DNA from: Candidatus Aenigmatarchaeota archaeon
Lineage (GTDB): Archaea > Aenigmatarchaeota > Aenigmatarchaeia > CG10238-14
Length of the DNA stretch: 19,824 nucleotides
Assembly (NCBI GenBank): GCA_044343545.1
Contig: JAWBZR010000014.1
Coordinates: 1-19,824 of the forward strand
Direction: 5' to 3'
Below the pieces are notes generated by a model that did not search any database, had not been told where the DNA came from, and saw nothing but the letters and a program-made list of their open reading frames with translations. Below are positions 15,077 through 19,824 of the stretch, in pieces (within the stretch, counting starts at the first letter, position 1; the number at the start of each line of letters is the position of its first letter). The translations under genes were made by a program, and so were the position numbers.

Positions 15077-16411
15077 ATGTATTTTAGCGAAAAGGAGTTG
15101 AAATTCATTGCAAAGCATTTTGTTCAAAAATCGATGCGCATAGGAAGAAAACCCAACCCTTGGATAGAAAAGGCAAGAAAAAAACATCCAAAATTAGTAA
15201 GCAAACTTCTCAAGAGAAAGGTTTTTAGCAAGTTTTCTTTCAGCGAGAGTGAAGAAAAAATTTTACAAGAGCTTAAAGATCCAGATTATGGACCACTTGT
15301 TGTCGAGTGGAAAGACAAGTATTATGTGAAAACAGAAATAGGACACACAGTGAGATTGGTTTATTCGGATACTGATGAAGAATGCAAAAAATTTGCTCAA
15401 TATGTTAAGGAAGAATGTTGGAAAAGAGGCGCGCATGTGGTTGACATTCCGACTAATGTTTTTGAATCAAGAAAACATTTGATGCTTTCGCCTTTCGATG
15501 CTATAGCGGAATTACCAGAATCTTCTAAATTAATGGCAAGAGCATACGATTTCAGGATATTCATAGGAGGGGACGAAGATATTAATTGGACGAGAGGTTT
15601 GGAAAACAAGCTTAAACTTGGTGCTCCGGCAACACAAAAAATAAGAGAAATTTTAGATAAATACAAGGTAAATTGGTGCTTGTTTGGTTGGCCAGTTTTA
15701 AGAAAGAAAACTCAATATTTAGTTTCACCAGAAAAATACAAACGAGTCTTTTTCGAATCAATAAGGGAAACATTTTCGCCAACCGTGAGCAAGCTATGTA
15801 ATCATTATAAAAAATTGCTTGATGATGTTGATGAGATAAGAATAACGGCAAGAGACGGTACTGATATGACTTTAAGCATAAAAGGTAGAAGAATAAAAGT
15901 AGCAGATGGTATAATGTCAGAGGAGGATGTAATAAACGGTGATAATGGCTTGAATATACCAGATGGCGAAGTATATTTTGCTCCAATAGAAGAATCAGGT
16001 AATGGTTACATAAAATTTGATTATGTGACGATTCATGGTTTTGGTTTCATTAAAAATTTGGAAATGAAGTTCGACGAAGGTAGAGTCGTTTGGTTCAATG
16101 CTCCAGGAAAAGGTAAAAAGATATTTCAAAAATTTTTGGAAACTAACACAGGAGATAAGGATAAGCTAGCCGAATTTGCAATAGGCACCAATCCAAAAGC
16201 AGAATTTATCGGCGAAACAATTGTTGATGAGAAAATATTCGGAACCATACATGTAGCCATAGGAAATAATAGTGGCCCGGGTTTTGGTGGTAAAAACAAA
16301 GCATCCTCACACCAAGATATGATAAAGGTTATGAAGGGTAAAGGAGGAAACGTGTACGCTGATGGCGAGCTTATAATGAAAGATGGTATGCCTGTAGGTT
16401 TCAAGTTTTAA
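15077..16411 (+). CDS. Aminopeptidase, peptidase M29 (AmpS/aminopeptidase T family)
   Basis: NIPDGEVYFAP, LAEFAIGTN, DEKIFGTIHVAIG and SSHQDMI metal-ligand motifs. The start is at 15077 or 15053. Confidence 0.9.
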   Translation: MYFSEKELKFIAKHFVQKSMRIGRKPNPWIEKARKKHPKLVSKLLKRKVFSKFSFSESEEKILQELKDPDYGPLVVEWKDKYYVKTEIGHTVRLVYSDTDEECKKFAQYVKEECWKRGAHVVDIPTNVFESRKHLMLSPFDAIAELPESSKLMARAYDFRIFIGGDEDINWTRGLENKLKLGAPATQKIREILDKYKVNWCLFGWPVLRKKTQYLVSPEKYKRVFFESIRETFSPTVSKLCNHYKKLLDDVDEIRITARDGTDMTLSIKGRRIKVADGIMSEEDVINGDNGLNIPDGEVYFAPIEESGNGYIKFDYVTIHGFGFIKNLEMKFDEGRVVWFNAPGKGKKIFQKFLETNTGDKDKLAEFAIGTNPKAEFIGETIVDEKIFGTIHVAIGNNSGPGFGGKNKASSHQDMIKVMKGKGGNVYADGELIMKDGMPVGFKF

Positions 16412-16458
16412 ATCTCGATTAAAAGTATTTTATTTGAGCGTTTAACCATTTATATTTA

Positions 16459-17499
16459 ATGAATGAATGGAAATTACTTGAAGAATCGGGTGTAAGTGCT
16501 GCATTGCTTTTTAGCTCCGATGATGTAAGAGACGTAAACTTTGATTATTTTTCAGGTTTTAAAAAACCAACATACTCCTTTTACTTGATATCCAAAAAAA
16601 ATTTACTCATAACTTCTTCTATAGATTATGAGAGAGCTTTAAAGGAAACAGAAAAGGATGTCATTAAACTTAAAGATTATGGTTATAGTTTAAAAAAGGT
16701 TTTGAAGAAATTTTATAGAGGCAAAGTATTAGGTGTTATAGCAAGCAAATTTCCATTATCATTAGCAAAATCTTTACGTGGCTACAAGCTTGTTGATATA
16801 GGCAATAAAGCTAAGAACATAAGGGCAATAAAAAATAAGCATGAGCTGAAACTGATTAAAAAATCTTGTCATGTTGCGAACAAGGGGATAGATTTTATTA
16901 GAAAAAAATTAAGTCAGGAAAAAACAGAAGCAGAATTTGCGAGAGAATTGCAAGAATATTTGAAAAGATTTGATATAGAAGGTTTTTCTTTTAACACAAT
17001 AGTTTCTTCAGGCAAAAGATCTGCTTTCATTCATCCATATCCCACAGCGAGCAACAAAAAAATTTCCAACGGCTTGGGTTTAATAGATTTTGGTGTTGTT
17101 TACAAAGGCTATTGCTCAGATGTCACGATTCCCTTTTCTTTTGGTAAGTTAAGTCAAGCGCAACAAAAAATAATTGAATCAGTTTTGGAATGTTATGATG
17201 TTTGCAAGGATGCTGCAAAAGAAGGAGTTATAGCCGATCAACTTTTCAAAATAGCAGAAAGTTTTCTTTCCCAAAAAGGTTTCGAACTCAAGCATGGTAT
17301 AGGTCATGGCATAGGGTTGGAAGTTCACGATCCACCTTCTCTTTCTTTTAAGAGCGATGACGTCTTGCAAAAAAATATGGTGATAACTCTAGAGCCGGGT
17401 ATTTATGAAATTAATCAAGGAGGATTTAGAATAGAAAATGATTTCGTTGTGGGTAAAAAATTGAAACCTTTAACGAAATCGAAGTATTTGGAATTTTAA
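16459..17499 (+). CDS. Xaa-Pro peptidase, M24B family (PepQ/PepP-like)
   Basis: RAIKNKHEL, SAFIHP, IDFG...GYCSDVT, HGIGHGIGLEVHD, TLEPGIY and GFRIEND. Confidence 0.92.
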   Translation: MNEWKLLEESGVSAALLFSSDDVRDVNFDYFSGFKKPTYSFYLISKKNLLITSSIDYERALKETEKDVIKLKDYGYSLKKVLKKFYRGKVLGVIASKFPLSLAKSLRGYKLVDIGNKAKNIRAIKNKHELKLIKKSCHVANKGIDFIRKKLSQEKTEAEFARELQEYLKRFDIEGFSFNTIVSSGKRSAFIHPYPTASNKKISNGLGLIDFGVVYKGYCSDVTIPFSFGKLSQAQQKIIESVLECYDVCKDAAKEGVIADQLFKIAESFLSQKGFELKHGIGHGIGLEVHDPPSLSFKSDDVLQKNMVITLEPGIYEINQGGFRIENDFVVGKKLKPLTKSKYLEF

Positions 17500-17527
17500 C
17501 ACCGATATTTCTTAAATAAATTTTTGA

Positions 17528-18736
<1,209 letters not shown>

Positions 18737-18762
18737 ATATTTATAACGATGTTATATGTTTT

Positions 18763-19506
18763 ATGAACTCATTACAAATAATAGATTTGCATGTTCAGGT
18801 TGATGAAAAAGAAATATTAAAAGGAATTAATTTGAAGATTAGTGAAGGAGAAATTCATGCTATAATGGGACCTAACGGATCTGGTAAAACATCACTTTGT
18901 TTTGCTATAGCAGGCCACCCAAGATATCGCATAACTAAAGGAAAAATTATGTTGAATGGAAATGACATAACTTTTTTATCTCCAGATGAAAGAGCTAAAA
19001 ATGGAATCTTCTTGGCATTTCAAAATCCTGTTAGCTTTCCTGGTTTAAATTTCGAATCTTTTCTCCGTCAAGCGTATAATTCTATGAAAAAAGATAAAGT
19101 ATCAGTTTTTCAATTTAAAAAAATTTTGAAAGAAAAAATAAAATTTGGAAGAAGTTTGCTTTCAAGAGATTTAAATGACGGATTTTCTGGAGGCGAAAAG
19201 AAAAAAGCTGAATTATTGCAACTCTTGATGTTGCAACCAAAGTTTGCTTTTTTAGATGAAATAGATAGTGGTCTTGATGTCGATTCATTAAAGCAGGTAT
19301 GCAATGAAATAAAAAAACTTTCTGAAAAAGGTGTGGCTATTGTTTTGATAACACATTACAAAAGAATACTAAGTTACATCAAGCCGAATCATGTTCACAT
19401 ATTAGTTGATGGAAAAATCATTAAGAGTGGTGATTATTCGCTAGCTGAAGAAGTTGAAGAAAGTGGGTATAATATTTTTTTGTCTCAAAATAAAAACCAA
19501 TTATAA
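18763..19506 (+). CDS. sufC: Fe-S cluster assembly ABC ATPase SufC
   Basis: HAIMGPNGSGKTS, IAGHP, ERAKNGIFLAFQNP, NDGFSGGEKKK, LDEIDSGLDVD and ITHY. ATG at 18763. Confidence 0.92.
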   Translation: MNSLQIIDLHVQVDEKEILKGINLKISEGEIHAIMGPNGSGKTSLCFAIAGHPRYRITKGKIMLNGNDITFLSPDERAKNGIFLAFQNPVSFPGLNFESFLRQAYNSMKKDKVSVFQFKKILKEKIKFGRSLLSRDLNDGFSGGEKKKAELLQLLMLQPKFAFLDEIDSGLDVDSLKQVCNEIKKLSEKGVAIVLITHYKRILSYIKPNHVHILVDGKIIKSGDYSLAEEVEESGYNIFLSQNKNQL

Positions 19507-19685
19507 TTTCTATTTTTGCATCAGTTTTATTTTTCAAATTTTTTATCATCGAAAGACACGTAAAAAACAGTTTATCATTGATGAATTTTTTTCAATCATC
19601 TTAGACGTTTTTATGTGCGCATCTACCTATCTTCATGTCCTCAATCCATTTACATTGACTCATCGACATACAGTTTAAAAATCCT

Positions 19686-19823
19686 TCACAAAACATTTTG
19701 AGCAATTTTTGTGGTTGTCACATTAGTTATTGTCATAGTTGGTTTTGTGACAAAAGTTGTAGTTACATTATTAGTTTTATCTCTATAATATCCAATTTTT
19801 AAATCTCCGAACCATTCGTACTC
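19686..19823 (-). CDS. 3' end of a gene entering from the right edge; Thr-rich, probably secreted
   Basis: The minus frame reads EYEWFGDLKIGYYRDKTNNVTTTFVTKPTMTITNVTTTKIAQNVL-stop, with two NVT sequons. It is open to the window end. Confidence 0.55.
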   Translation of the reverse strand, partial: EYEWFGDLKIGYYRDKTNNVTTTFVTKPTMTITNVTTTKIAQNVL

Positions 19824-19824
19824 G

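Noticed and set aside
19507..19685. Possible C/D-box sRNA or 22-aa ORF (MSMSQCKW...) on the minus strand, with several GATGA/TGAAGA/CTGA-like words
   Set aside because: The boxes are imperfect, guide spacing is irregular, and no target can be verified. The 74-aa plus-strand ORF at 19454-19678 also lacks coding features.

Overview
AT-rich, gene-dense archaeal window. Archaeal signs are BRE/TATA promoters, GGTGA ribosome-binding sites, intron-less tRNAs without encoded CCA, an archaeal-type cytidylate kinase and a sequon-rich surface protein. The gene style suggests a DPANN-type small-genome archaeon (inference). The window opens with the 3' part of a very large single-pass surface glycoprotein fused to a cytoplasmic HerA/DUF87-type P-loop ATPase, followed by a long coiled-coil protein with three SHOCT/CdvA-like motifs. 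This pair is the best candidate for an undescribed system. The rest contains: a DUF134/DUF5320 pair with a tandem palindromic operator; an encapsulin-type ferritin without a cargo peptide; a ThiI-like THUMP protein lacking its PP-loop; a divergent diadenylate-cyclase-fold protein; Cmk; a ThiS/SAMP; an IMPDH/GMPR-family enzyme; tRNA-Ser(GGA), tRNA-Pro(GGG) and tRNA-Arg(CCT); TsaC; a Ca2+-type P-type ATPase; M29 and M24 peptidases; a bacterial-type queuine TGT; and an orphan sufC. All family assignments come from motif recognition by eye; no searches were run.
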